64,000 bases of DNA, taken from positions 4,313 to 68,312 of IMG/VR virus record IMGVR_UViG_3300042362_000298; one strand, given 5' to 3'. Below, in pieces: positions 1 through 8,632 of the stretch (positions within the stretch are counted from its first letter, which is position 1; each line of letters opens with the position of its first letter). Under the pieces are notes generated by a model. The model saw nothing but the letters and a program-made list of their open reading frames with translations, did not search any database and had not been told where the DNA came from. The DNA comes from a virus. The position numbers and the translations under genes are program-made.

Positions 1-1
1 A

Positions 2-361
2 AGGGGCAGAGTTATTAGTCTTGCTTATGGTCTTTGGCGGCTTCCAGCCAGTTGCAAGGAAATGCCCTTTACCAATGGGCTTCAGAAAAACGTGACGGCC
101 TGCTCTGGCGATGATGCTTTGAAAAGCTTGTCGCTTGGTCTTGTCCAAGGGCATGCCAGGCTCCATCAACCAGCTATAGGCCCAGTCGGCTAGTTCTTCG
201 AGGTCTTCAATGGAGGATGTGCGAAGAGAATAATGACGGCCACGCTGCGCCACTTTCTGCCAGGCAGGATGCACGGGAGGGTTTTCGGCCACTAGATCTT
301 CTGCTTCCTTCCGCAGCACTGGCGGAATGCAAATGGTGACCATGGGCGGGAGGGAGTCCAT
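2..361 (-). CDS. hypothetical protein, 3' end runs off the window
   Basis: ATG at 361 just after the stop of ORF 364-840; open frame MDSLPPMVTICIPP... to the window edge (my translation). Confidence 0.6.
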   Translation of the reverse strand, partial: MDSLPPMVTICIPPVLRKEAEDLVAENPPVHPAWQKVAQRGRHYSLRTSSIEDLEELADWAYSWLMEPGMPLDKTKRQAFQSIIARAGRHVFLKPIGKGHFLATGWKPPKTISKTNNSAP

Positions 362-363
362 GA

Positions 364-840
364 TCAAAGCAACGGGTCGGTGTAAGGGTCAAAGATGTCA
401 GAAGGCTCTTCACCAGTTTCCTCGAGCCTTTCCAGCACGGCCTGATTGATTTGCTGACGCATGGCCGCCCTGTAGTCGTCGTCCCCTCCAAAGCTTCCCA
501 CGTCTTCCATGAGCCTGACGGCTTGCGTGAGTTTGTTCATGTCGCAGGCAGTCAACACGGCTTCTTGGATGGCGCCATTGAGCATGTGCTGCTCGAGCCA
601 GGTGCCATGCAGCTCCACCCACTTGCCAAGGGCCACAATGGCCATTGCCTTGAGAGCTTCGTCCCCATAGCGCTCTAGGCTTTTCTCGAGCAGGTCAGCA
701 GCGTCAGGAGCAATGGCGAAGGTGGAAGGGTCGGTGAGCAATGGAAAAAGCCCTTCATCAATTGCTGCTCGCTTGCTGGCTTTTGCTTCCCTTGTTTTAC
801 GAAGGAAGTTGCCCACAGAATCAAACGAAAAGTTCATCAA
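364..840 (-). CDS. hypothetical phage protein
   Basis: 158-aa ORF with a sigma70-type promoter directly upstream. Confidence 0.7.
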   Translation of the reverse strand: MMNFSFDSVGNFLRKTREAKASKRAAIDEGLFPLLTDPSTFAIAPDAADLLEKSLERYGDEALKAMAIVALGKWVELHGTWLEQHMLNGAIQEAVLTACDMNKLTQAVRLMEDVGSFGGDDDYRAAMRQQINQAVLERLEETGEEPSDIFDPYTDPLL

Positions 841-858
841 GACAAAGCAGTCCCATCA

Positions 859-888
859 AGCGTAGCGATGCACGGGAGGGCCTGTCAA
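859..888 (-). promoter_or_regulatory. sigma70-like promoter TTGACA-N18-TACGCT
   Basis: near-consensus boxes upstream of ORF 840. Confidence 0.55.
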
Positions 889-900
889 GCTAAGAAATAA

Positions 901-1650
901 TTAACTTTCCTCTCCATCGTCCTGTTCGCTATTCGCGAATAGCAAAGGCTTGCTGGGACCAGTGGGCTCTCCTTGTTCGTCGAAATAAGCCTCAGCGTCA
1001 ATGGCAGTGGCTCTAACTTCACTATTGCTTTCAGCTTCTTTTATTTTACGAACTTCCTTGCTTAAATTATCAAGGAATGCTTTGTAGCCGCTCTTTTCTT
1101 CCGTTTGTGGCTTCACATCGAACAGGCCAATCAGCTTTGCTTGCTGCTCCAGACAGCTACGGGCAATGCCAAGGAAGCCGCTTTCGCCAGCACTTTCTTC
1201 CATGCGCACAATGGTTTCGCCAGGGCCGTCAGGCCCTTCCTTGTAAGTGGTGACCTTCTTGCGCTTGCTGTGTTCAAAGCTTTCGAGGGCTTTGTCTTTA
1301 AGCTCGCCTTGTTCTTTGATTAGCCGTGCCCGCCAAGTGTCTTGGCTCTTAAGGATTTCAGCAGTCCATAAGTTGCGGTTGTGATGACGATCGGCGCTAA
1401 CAGTTTCTTTGCTTAGCTTCAAGATGTCGGCAATTTGCCTATTGCTTAAACTTGCCGCCAAAAGCTCCTGCACCATATACCGGCGCAATCCAGTGAGTTC
1501 TTTGGTGTAGGGAATCTTGCCCGGACCTGCTCCCACTCTGTCACGAATGTGCTCAATTTGCTGAGGCGTCATTCCAGCTTCCAGAAGCACCTTCACGCCA
1601 TATTTCAATTGCTGCTCCTTGTCCGGGAAGTCAATTTCAGGAAGGGGCAT
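901..1650 (-). CDS. HTH DNA-binding protein, possible terminase small subunit
   Basis: HTH-like LSNRQIADILKLSKETVSAD, helical middle, EQQAKLIGL motif and acidic tail, as in TerS-like proteins. Confidence 0.45.
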   Translation of the reverse strand: MPLPEIDFPDKEQQLKYGVKVLLEAGMTPQQIEHIRDRVGAGPGKIPYTKELTGLRRYMVQELLAASLSNRQIADILKLSKETVSADRHHNRNLWTAEILKSQDTWRARLIKEQGELKDKALESFEHSKRKKVTTYKEGPDGPGETIVRMEESAGESGFLGIARSCLEQQAKLIGLFDVKPQTEEKSGYKAFLDNLSKEVRKIKEAESNSEVRATAIDAEAYFDEQGEPTGPSKPLLFANSEQDDGEES

Positions 1651-1668
1651 GGTCAATGGGCAGTAAAA

Positions 1669-1845
1669 TCATTTTAAGGGCTTGTCGCCTTTACCAAGCA
1701 AGCTTCTAGCGAACAATGCAGCAAAACGCTCTTGCTGCTCTGGCACCACTGCTGAAGGACTGTCGCTAATGGCTTTGCGCAACACATTTAGCTCTTTCCA
1801 CTCCCTATCAGAGAGCAATGGTAAAGGAATAAATGGGGCGCTCAT
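1669..1845 (-). CDS. small hypothetical protein (58 aa)
   Basis: MSAPFIPLPLLSDREWKELNVLRKAISDSP... fills an operon gap. Confidence 0.55.
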   Translation of the reverse strand: MSAPFIPLPLLSDREWKELNVLRKAISDSPSAVVPEQQERFAALFARSLLGKGDKPLK

Positions 1846-1999
1846 CTGATGGTAGCAAGGTAAACAATGGAAAGGAAATAAGAGAGTCCTGCGATAAACA
1901 AGACTCCCGCAAGGCCGCTAATTACGCCAATGCGAATTTCATGCTCTCTTATCTTTTGATCAATAAGAGCAGTGACTTCCGCTTTGGTTAATGGTGCGG

Positions 2000-2320
2000 T
2001 CAAAATAGCTCAACTGGAGGAGTGTAAACAAGACTTTCTTTGTAGCCTTTAATTTGATAGTCGCCCATATCATCAGCCAGTTTTTTGGCTTCTTTCAATT
2101 GGCGCTCTAGCATTTTAATGGCTTCGCCATAGTCTTTTTCTGCTCTGCGCTGCAGGCGAATGTTGCCATAGTTGCTTTTCTCTTGGTCAATGCCAAGGTC
2201 TTGCATGAGAGCAAAAATATCTTCACGGCATTGCTGCTCCTTTTCGGACAATGCGCGTTGATTTGCTTTGATAGCTTCCATTTCTTTTAGGAGGCTGATC
2301 AGCTCTTCATTGTCCATCAC
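2000..2320 (-). CDS. hypothetical coiled-coil protein
   Basis: 106-aa ORF with GTGA overlap with the upstream gene. Confidence 0.65.
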   Translation of the reverse strand: MMDNEELISLLKEMEAIKANQRALSEKEQQCREDIFALMQDLGIDQEKSNYGNIRLQRRAEKDYGEAIKMLERQLKEAKKLADDMGDYQIKGYKESLVYTPPVELF

Positions 2321-2559
2321 AGACTGCCTCCGCTAATCGTTGCCACGACAAAGCCTCGGTCAATCAAGCTTTCGATTTCATCAAGGCTTCCTCTCCAATG
2401 GCGCTCGTTATTTTGATCGCGAGCAGCGTAAAGGATTCTGCTGGGAGGCAGGGGGCCTCTGTCGGGCCTGGAATAACCATGGTGCTGGTACACCTCGATC
2501 GTTGTTCCGTTGTGCTCGAGCAGAGGGAGTCTGTCTGGAGCGAGAGGAGCTGTGGGCAT
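2317..2559 (-). CDS. hypothetical protein
   Basis: 80-aa ORF; promoter TTGACT-N16-TATTGT at about 2630-2657. Confidence 0.6.
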   Translation of the reverse strand: MPTAPLAPDRLPLLEHNGTTIEVYQHHGYSRPDRGPLPPSRILYAARDQNNERHWRGSLDEIESLIDRGFVVATISGGSL

Positions 2560-2691
2560 TGATCAAGAAGATTAACTACAGGCCGCTTGAACAAGCTCGC
2601 TGGGGCTCGCCTGCGCGAGCGGCCTTCCCACAATAGTCATTTTTCAGAAGAAGTCAATGGAAAGGAAATTAAAGCGCCATGAACAAGGTCG

Positions 2692-2864
2692 GCCTGGGGG
2701 CCTCCTGCGCGATGGCGCTTGCGAAGGATACTTGCATTCTCAATAACAGGCGGTTATTAAGAATCCAACTAAATTTTCTTCCCATTGATCTCCCTGGCCA
2801 GAAGCGCCGCAGGGACTGAAACGGGCTGGTGTCCCCAGGCGCGTAGATGCGCGTGCTAAGGCAC
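2692..2864 (-). ncRNA. candidate rod-shaped structured RNA
   Basis: nested stems GCCTGGGG/CCCCAGGC, CCTGC..GGCGCTT/AAGCGCC..GCAGG and a 16-bp terminal hairpin; TATACT at 2871-2876. Confidence 0.4.
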
Positions 2865-2911
2865 TGGACGAGTATAACCACCCTGTCAAGCCAAAAAAGA
2901 CAGTCAAAATA

Positions 2912-3589
2912 TTGGCATACGCCCCGTCCAAAATATTGTGCCATCATGAAGAGATGGATCAGCCTCAAGTCCGTCGACATCGCAAGTGGACAACACTTGA
3001 TCAGGTCACTGCAGAAGTCGCGGCAGCTTGCGGCTGTAGTTTGTATCAAATTGCAAAAATTTTACGTCGAACGCCTATTGGCGTGTCCTATCGACTCCAC
3101 GCAGAAAAAAATTGCAACCGCAAAGCAAGCCATGCTAAGTGGCAATCGCAAAACAGAGAAAAAATTTCAAAAGCTGCAAAAGCCTGGAAAGAGAACAACA
3201 AAGAAAGAAGAAAACAAGCAGACAAAGAATGGACACAAAATAATCCAGAAAAGGTAAGAGAAAAGGGCAGAAGAAGGCGTGCAAGGAAATACAGCGCCGT
3301 TCGAAATGCAATTATTGCAGTTACACATGAAGACATTGAACTATTAAAAGAAACTTTTAGCCAGAGTTGTGTTTATTGCGGTTCCCAAGAGAGGTTAACA
3401 ATTGATCACGTCATTCCATTGGCAAGGGGCGGAACACATGAGCTTAAAAATTTACTGCCGTGCTGTAAGTCTTGTAATTCCAGCAAAAATTGTTTACCTG
3501 TTCAATCTTGGTATCAATCGAAACCTTTCTTCAGTAAGCAGAGATGGGATGCAATTGTTAAATTTCATCCTTGGCTGGGAATCTCTTGA
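2912..3589 (+). CDS. HNH endonuclease
   Basis: CVYCG...TIDHVIPLARGG..H..NL..CCKSCNSSK; basic helical N-terminus; AT-richer than its neighbours; start uncertain. Confidence 0.9.
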   Translation: MAYAPSKILCHHEEMDQPQVRRHRKWTTLDQVTAEVAAACGCSLYQIAKILRRTPIGVSYRLHAEKNCNRKASHAKWQSQNREKISKAAKAWKENNKERRKQADKEWTQNNPEKVREKGRRRRARKYSAVRNAIIAVTHEDIELLKETFSQSCVYCGSQERLTIDHVIPLARGGTHELKNLLPCCKSCNSSKNCLPVQSWYQSKPFFSKQRWDAIVKFHPWLGIS

Positions 3590-3634
3590 TCCCGCTTGAC
3601 GTAGATGTATAATGAGCGAGCCTCTCAACCAACC

Positions 3635-3769
3635 ATGCCTGAACCTCGTTTGACCAAGCTTCCTCGTAACGGCCCGAAGCCCGGCCAGAGCACTGCCGCA
3701 TGGCTCTATGGCAAGGACAAGAACTGTCAAGCTGAGCGTGATGCTGCCAAGTGGAAGGAGGGCAAGTGA
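3635..3769 (+). CDS. small hypothetical protein (44 aa)
   Basis: MPEPRLTKLPRNGPKPGQ... downstream of TATAAT at 3608-3613. Confidence 0.5.
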   Translation: MPEPRLTKLPRNGPKPGQSTAAWLYGKDKNCQAERDAAKWKEGK

Positions 3770-3840
3770 TGGGACCATGGGAAGCCTTGGTCATTATTGT
3801 CCTTTTCATCTGCATCACCTATATCATCGCCACTACTTAG
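3769..3840 (+). CDS. 23-aa membrane peptide
   Basis: TGATG overlap; MGPWEALVIIVLFICITYIIATT. Confidence 0.35.
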   Translation: MGPWEALVIIVLFICITYIIATT

Positions 3841-3852
3841 AGAAAACAACTA

Positions 3853-4197
3853 ATGACTAACCAACAACACCCCATCACCCCACCGCCAGAGCTGGTGCAG
3901 CAGTGGTGGGAAGAAGCTGACCAGTACCAAGACGATCCGAAGACTTACTTCGACTACGTTGCCACCGAAGCCGCCCAATGGGGCGCCGATAAAGAGTTAC
4001 TAGCTTGTGGAAATTACCTTAAGCAGTGCGCTGCGTGGGAGGAAGAAGATGTAATTGAGTTTTATAATTATCGCCGCCCCAAGCCACCGAGCTTAAAGGA
4101 GCAGGCGTTAAAAGCATTAAATGATATTTCTATTGCTTCGTTTGAACAAGATGCAGCAAACACTATTCGCCAAGCTCTTGAATCCCTGCCCGATTAG
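3853..4197 (+). CDS. HPITPPPEL-family protein, paralog 1
   Basis: shares HPITPPPELVQQW, AAQWGADxEL and RRPKPPSLKEQAL blocks with ORFs at 18588 and 19044. Confidence 0.85.
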   Translation: MTNQQHPITPPPELVQQWWEEADQYQDDPKTYFDYVATEAAQWGADKELLACGNYLKQCAAWEEEDVIEFYNYRRPKPPSLKEQALKALNDISIASFEQDAANTIRQALESLPD

Positions 4198-4211
4198 TCA
4201 ACATCCCTTCT

Positions 4212-4370
4212 ATGTCTGCTCAACCACGGATCTTTACAGTTGACGAACTTGATGAGTTCTGCCTTTGGTGGTGGGGCTCAGACAATGACGAGCGTACAGT
4301 CACTGATGTAATTGAAAGCGGAAGCATGACTGCGTTTGCTGAAGCTTGTATTGCCCGCTGGGGCAAGTAG
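4212..4370 (+). CDS. small cassette protein (52 aa)
   Basis: MSAQPRIFTVDELDEF...FAEACIARWGK, bounded by TAGT-N7 sites. Confidence 0.6.
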   Translation: MSAQPRIFTVDELDEFCLWWWGSDNDERTVTDVIESGSMTAFAEACIARWGK

Positions 4371-4382
4371 TCCGATCAACTT

Positions 4383-4490
4383 ATGAAAAACCATTTTGTT
4401 GACATCACCAAAAAGGTGGCATCTGCGCTGTTTCTAGCGTTCTGCCTCTATCAGGCTTTTTTTGGCCACACAGGCTATTGCTACCCGTAG
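4383..4490 (+). CDS. small membrane peptide (35 aa)
   Basis: MKNHFVDITKKVASALFLAFCLYQAFFGHTGYCYP; ATG directly after a TAGT-N7-ACTT site. Confidence 0.45.
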   Translation: MKNHFVDITKKVASALFLAFCLYQAFFGHTGYCYP

Positions 4491-4501
4491 GTAACAAACA
4501 A

Positions 4502-4693
4502 TCAACCGAATCCTTTTTGCTCCTTCCAGGAGCTTTTTTCTTGAGCAGCTTCTTCCGTAATTCCCGATGGGGAAGACTCTTTAGCCTTTAATGTTTCAGC
4601 CTCTGTTTCTTCTCGAGAAAGCTCGTCCCAGAAAGGATTAGAAACTCCCCAAGAAGGATCGTGATCGGCCCAGATGATCTTCATTATTGACAA
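4502..4693 (-). CDS. hypothetical protein
   Basis: 63-aa ORF after the primase, ending KGFG. Confidence 0.5.
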   Translation of the reverse strand: MSIMKIIWADHDPSWGVSNPFWDELSREETEAETLKAKESSPSGITEEAAQEKSSWKEQKGFG

Positions 4694-4732
4694 TTATGCA
4701 CTAGCCATAATTATAAGCCAGTCATAACCTCC

Positions 4733-6715
4733 TTAAAAGAATTCGTCATCAAGGGAGCTGTCGCTCTCTTTTGCGGGAGCAGCGGGAGAGTGATTGTTCT
4801 CGAAATCAAGGTCTGGCTCTTGGTATTCCCAGGAATGGTACACTCTCTGTTTTTCTCCATTGGGACCATTCTCAAAGCTGCTGGTGATCAAGCCTTGCCT
4901 TCTAGCCACTTCCAACATTTTGCTCGTGCCAGCAATGTCAAACGCTCCAGCCATTGCTGCCGCTTGTTGTTTCGTGAAACGTTCGTGCTTACGCATGTTG
5001 ATGGTGTTCACCACGCGATCCAGCTCTTCCAAGCTTCCGCCAAGAGGGCCAGCATATTCCCAGCCATAGTTCAATGCATCGCGGCGAAGCATATGCTTGC
5101 CAGTGAGACCACTCCTGCTCTTAAGCCATTCAAGATGGAACTGACTGCCGTCAAAATTATTTTCAGGCTTGGTAAGTTTTACCACTTCGCTAACATTATC
5201 AACAAAACTTGTTGAGTCACGAAGTCCTCCGCTTTTGTTCAAATGGTGAAGAATGAGAATGGAACATTTGTAAGTGTTGGCAATATCACGCAGACCATAA
5301 ATAACATCGCCAGCATTACTTTTAATTAGATCCACGTCCATGCCCGCAAGGCACGCGGTGAGGGAGTCAATGGTAATAAACAATGGGCGATGCTTACGAA
5401 CGTAATCTTCCAACTGTCGCATGTGAGCAAAGCGCCAAGTCTCCCAGAATGCAATGGTGCCAGGATCTAAGCCAGCATCTTCATAGCCGATCACACCAAG
5501 CTTTTCGCTGGTATCTACCAGGGGCTCGTCGCTTTGAATGATAAGGCTCTTACCTTTCATGCAGCGCCGTCCAGACCATGGCGTGCCAAGGGCAATGTGC
5601 AGCGCCCAGTTGTAGGCGACGGTGCTCTTGCCGGTGCCGCCAGAAGCTGCTAGCAGCATCACAGTGCCAAGCGGCATGATGCCAGCAATCAGCCAATCGC
5701 GAGCCTTGTCGGAGTTGGCAATGGTCAGAGCATCAATGGTTTCAATTTCTTCCCTGCCATATATGCGTCCTTTTGCTTCTTCAATGATCTTATCAATGTT
5801 TTGCTGATTCATCTTCACTGCACGCTGCTCCAACCATGAGCTGGTTTCGTAAGCAATGCGAGCATCATTGGCGTAGAGGCCAACGAAATTCTCTACCGTG
5901 GAGATGATCTCCTCGTAAGAGGGCTTGCCGTCTTGATTCTTGTGGCGGCTCTTGGTGACAATGGAAGAAAGCAGTTCATCTTTCGTGGCGCCTTCTTCAA
6001 TGTAATCAGCTAAGTCATAGCCATTTCCGGGCGGGAGATTGTCCCATTCCCACGAACGCGGATCGGCATACAGCCACGATGCTCCAGGATTGTCATTGGC
6101 GATTTCTGCCATGAAGGCCACGCCTTGTTCATCCCTGTCGGGAGCCAGGACAATCTTCTGTCCCTTGAAAAGCTGGCTGTAGTCGCCGTTGGTGCGATAT
6201 TGTTTCGATCCGCCAAGGAAGGTGACAGCAGGCAGGCCAATAGCCCAGCAAGCTTCGCAAGTGAGTTCACCTTCGACGACAATGACAGGCAGGCCAGTCT
6301 TCTGGCTCTCCTCAACGGCTTCCGAATATTTGTACGGCAAAATGCCGGCTTTCATCTCTTGCAGGAGCGCCTTCTGGTTGGTGGCGTCCGATGGGATGGT
6401 GGGAAATTCTTGCCAGATGCGTTTTGAGCCGCTCGAATCGTCTCGATGCACCCGAACGATTTCTTCGCGCTGTTTGTTGTAGTAGGGGAAGTGATGCGAG
6501 CCAGTCTCCCTGTAGGGCTTTTCCCATCGCACCATTGGAGCCAGCACATTGCGGATGTCGGCCCTGTGAGCGGAGCTGGGGTCGTGCCAGCAGTTGTAGC
6601 CGCCTGTGGTCTTGTTCACCGTGAAGTCGTTGCCGCCGCATGCGGGGCAGACAAACTTGCCCTTCTCGTTGCTGGGCTCGAGTTGCTCGAGGAAGTCGAG
6701 GATGTTAAAGGCCAT
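4733..6715 (-). CDS. DNA primase-helicase (Zn ribbon + TOPRIM + RepA/AAA_25 helicase)
   Basis: CPACG zinc ribbon; VVEGE and PDRDEQG TOPRIM motifs; Walker A ASGGTGKS; Walker B ITIDS; ILHHLNK. Confidence 0.9.
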   Translation of the reverse strand: MAFNILDFLEQLEPSNEKGKFVCPACGGNDFTVNKTTGGYNCWHDPSSAHRADIRNVLAPMVRWEKPYRETGSHHFPYYNKQREEIVRVHRDDSSGSKRIWQEFPTIPSDATNQKALLQEMKAGILPYKYSEAVEESQKTGLPVIVVEGELTCEACWAIGLPAVTFLGGSKQYRTNGDYSQLFKGQKIVLAPDRDEQGVAFMAEIANDNPGASWLYADPRSWEWDNLPPGNGYDLADYIEEGATKDELLSSIVTKSRHKNQDGKPSYEEIISTVENFVGLYANDARIAYETSSWLEQRAVKMNQQNIDKIIEEAKGRIYGREEIETIDALTIANSDKARDWLIAGIMPLGTVMLLAASGGTGKSTVAYNWALHIALGTPWSGRRCMKGKSLIIQSDEPLVDTSEKLGVIGYEDAGLDPGTIAFWETWRFAHMRQLEDYVRKHRPLFITIDSLTACLAGMDVDLIKSNAGDVIYGLRDIANTYKCSILILHHLNKSGGLRDSTSFVDNVSEVVKLTKPENNFDGSQFHLEWLKSRSGLTGKHMLRRDALNYGWEYAGPLGGSLEELDRVVNTINMRKHERFTKQQAAAMAGAFDIAGTSKMLEVARRQGLITSSFENGPNGEKQRVYHSWEYQEPDLDFENNHSPAAPAKESDSSLDDEFF

Positions 6716-6737
6716 GCAGCATGGGAGGAATCAGACC

Positions 6738-6833
6738 ATCATGCCATCACGAGCCTGCTGTCGCAAGGCTTGTGGGCCATAAGAAAAGCTAATGGTTGAA
6801 AGGGCTTGCAGGAGGGCTTTGTGGGCCTATGCT
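6738..6833. promoter_or_regulatory. divergent sigma70-like promoter pair
   Basis: minus: TTGCGA-N17-CATGAT (6766-6738); plus: TTGCAG-N16-TATGCT (6806-6833). Confidence 0.5.
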
Positions 6834-6855
6834 CGGGAAGCCCTCGACAAAACCA

Positions 6856-7079
6856 TGCCCATCAGCCTTTATGAAGGCGGCAAGCGTCGCCGCCACCTTA
6901 CCCTCTCTGACCAAGCCTATGCCCACCTTTCGGCCATTTCCAGCGCCGCCCAACTTAGCAAGTCCGAAGCCGTGGAGCGGATTCTTCGGGGCTTTAGCTT
7001 CTACGAGGCGGACATCCTTAAAGACGAAGTGTGGCCCAGCATCATCGACCATTCCATTCCCGGAGACCATGGAAACTAA
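6856..7079 (+). CDS. ribbon-helix-helix (CopG-like) regulator
   Basis: KRRRHLTLSDQAYAHLSAISSAAQLSKSEAVERILR fits the RHH pattern; first gene after the promoter. Confidence 0.7.
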
Positions 7080-7335
7080 AACTCTCTTTGTTTCGGAGAT
7101 GATTCTCCTGCTGGAGCAATGCGTTGCAGAATTTGGCGACATGCCTGTTGGGGCTTATTCTGCTGAATACTGTTACGAACTGGGCAGAGCCGAAGACCTC
7201 ATGAGCGTGTCCTTGCGGGTGATGAGTTCTTACTCAGGTTCATCAGCGGAGAACTTGCCTGGCATCGATCTCTCAAGCGATCGCTCTTCCACCCTCGACG
7301 ACAAATTCCTTACCATCTTTTACAACGACAAATGA
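7069..7335 (+). CDS. hypothetical protein, tandem paralog A
   Basis: ATG at 7069; resembles the next ORF. Confidence 0.65.
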   Translation: METKTLFVSEMILLLEQCVAEFGDMPVGAYSAEYCYELGRAEDLMSVSLRVMSSYSGSSAENLPGIDLSSDRSSTLDDKFLTIFYNDK

Positions 7336-7595
7336 ATGTTTCCGAACTGCGCGAAATCCTTGCCAAGGCCGAAACCCAGCATGGCCCCGACATGCCCATT
7401 CTTCTCTGCTTTGAAGAAACGGCTATTGATGAGGGCTATGAAGAGGCTTCCACTGAAGGCATTAGCGATGTGCGAATTGTAGAAGATTGGCCTCTTCCTG
7501 GTACGAGCCTGACCACTTATGAAGGCGAAAAGCCCAAGAAGCTTGTCATTTTCTATGACAATCATTACAAGCTCGACTCGTCCATTGTCAAATGA
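7332..7595 (+). CDS. hypothetical protein, tandem paralog B
   Basis: ATGA overlaps at both ends. Confidence 0.7.
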   Translation: MNVSELREILAKAETQHGPDMPILLCFEETAIDEGYEEASTEGISDVRIVEDWPLPGTSLTTYEGEKPKKLVIFYDNHYKLDSSIVK

Positions 7596-8560
7596 ACCAC
7601 TCCTTCCTCACCTACGACCCTGCTAGTTTTGCTTCCATGACTCTTCCCGTGACTGCCGTGAACGAAGCCATGCTCACCGAGCGCATGCTTGGCCATTTTT
7701 CGCCCCTTGACATTTCTCCTGAAGCCTTTAAGAAAGCTTACGAGCTTCCCATTGGCGATCACGTTGAGAAGAACTACAAAGGGCTCTCCTATCTGTCTTG
7801 GCCTTTTGCCTTCCGCTACCTCAACGAGCAATTTCCTGGCGTGTTCGTTGCCTTTGAAGAAAAGGAATCTGGCTGGCCAGTATTTGGCCGAGATGGCTGC
7901 TGGCTGCTGCGTCCTTATTTGACGGACGGCATTAGACGCACTCCTGCGTTGGTGTTCCCCGTGATGGACAACAAGCACAACGCAGTGAAGGAGCTGGATG
8001 CTCGTCAAGTGAGCGACAACATCCAACGTGCCAGTGTTAAGTGCATTGCCACCTTCACCGGCCTTGGCCTCAAGCTTTATGCAGGTGAAGACATTCCTAA
8101 AGCCGATGAAGAAACAACGTCCAGGCTCCCGCTCCAACAGGAAAGCCCGAAGCCTGAAGCGCGGACTGTCGCGAAGGAACAAAAGGCTACAGACCCTGCT
8201 GCAGCATCTGGAGGCGATGGAACTTCTGCCTCTAATGGAGCCAGTGAGTTCGATGGCAAAGGAGCGCTTCTTAGCTTCTGCAAAGCCAATCCTCTCGGCA
8301 AAGCTGATGAGCGTGCAAGCCTGATGCTGGGCAAGAATGCGCTGCAGGCCCTTGGCTTGGCGAAAGGCGAAGACATTCAGGATGCTGAAATGTTTGCCAA
8401 TGTCATTAGCACCATGGTCACTTCATGGACCAAGGAAGAAGGCATCAAGATTACAAAGGTGGCAATGGCAAAAGAAATTGATTGCCTGCGTGCCGCTTGT
8501 CTTGATGGAGCTGATGCTGCCATTGAATGGGTCAAGGCGTATGTGGAGGGAAAAAAGTAG
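7592..8560 (+). CDS. Sak3/DUF1071-type single-strand annealing protein
   Basis: VEKNYKGLSYLSWPFA, PVMDNKHNA, IQRASVKCIATFTGLGLKLYAGED. Confidence 0.85.
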   Translation: MNHSFLTYDPASFASMTLPVTAVNEAMLTERMLGHFSPLDISPEAFKKAYELPIGDHVEKNYKGLSYLSWPFAFRYLNEQFPGVFVAFEEKESGWPVFGRDGCWLLRPYLTDGIRRTPALVFPVMDNKHNAVKELDARQVSDNIQRASVKCIATFTGLGLKLYAGEDIPKADEETTSRLPLQQESPKPEARTVAKEQKATDPAAASGGDGTSASNGASEFDGKGALLSFCKANPLGKADERASLMLGKNALQALGLAKGEDIQDAEMFANVISTMVTSWTKEEGIKITKVAMAKEIDCLRAACLDGADAAIEWVKAYVEGKK

Positions 8561-8632
8561 ACAGGGCAGCAGCCGGGCTCGCAAGAAGCTTTGCGGGCCT
8601 GATTGCCTGCGACGAAGACGGAAATCCTCTCG

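Noticed and set aside
2692-3589. IscB/HEARO RNA-guided nuclease
   Set aside because: The protein lacks PLMP and split RuvC motifs, and the RNA seems to be transcribed away from the gene; kept only as an RNA candidate.
4488-4502. TAGG-TAACAAA-CAAT as a closing cassette site; also near-matches at about 8680 and 9006
   Set aside because: The right arm is too degenerate or the match is intragenic; compatible with chance.
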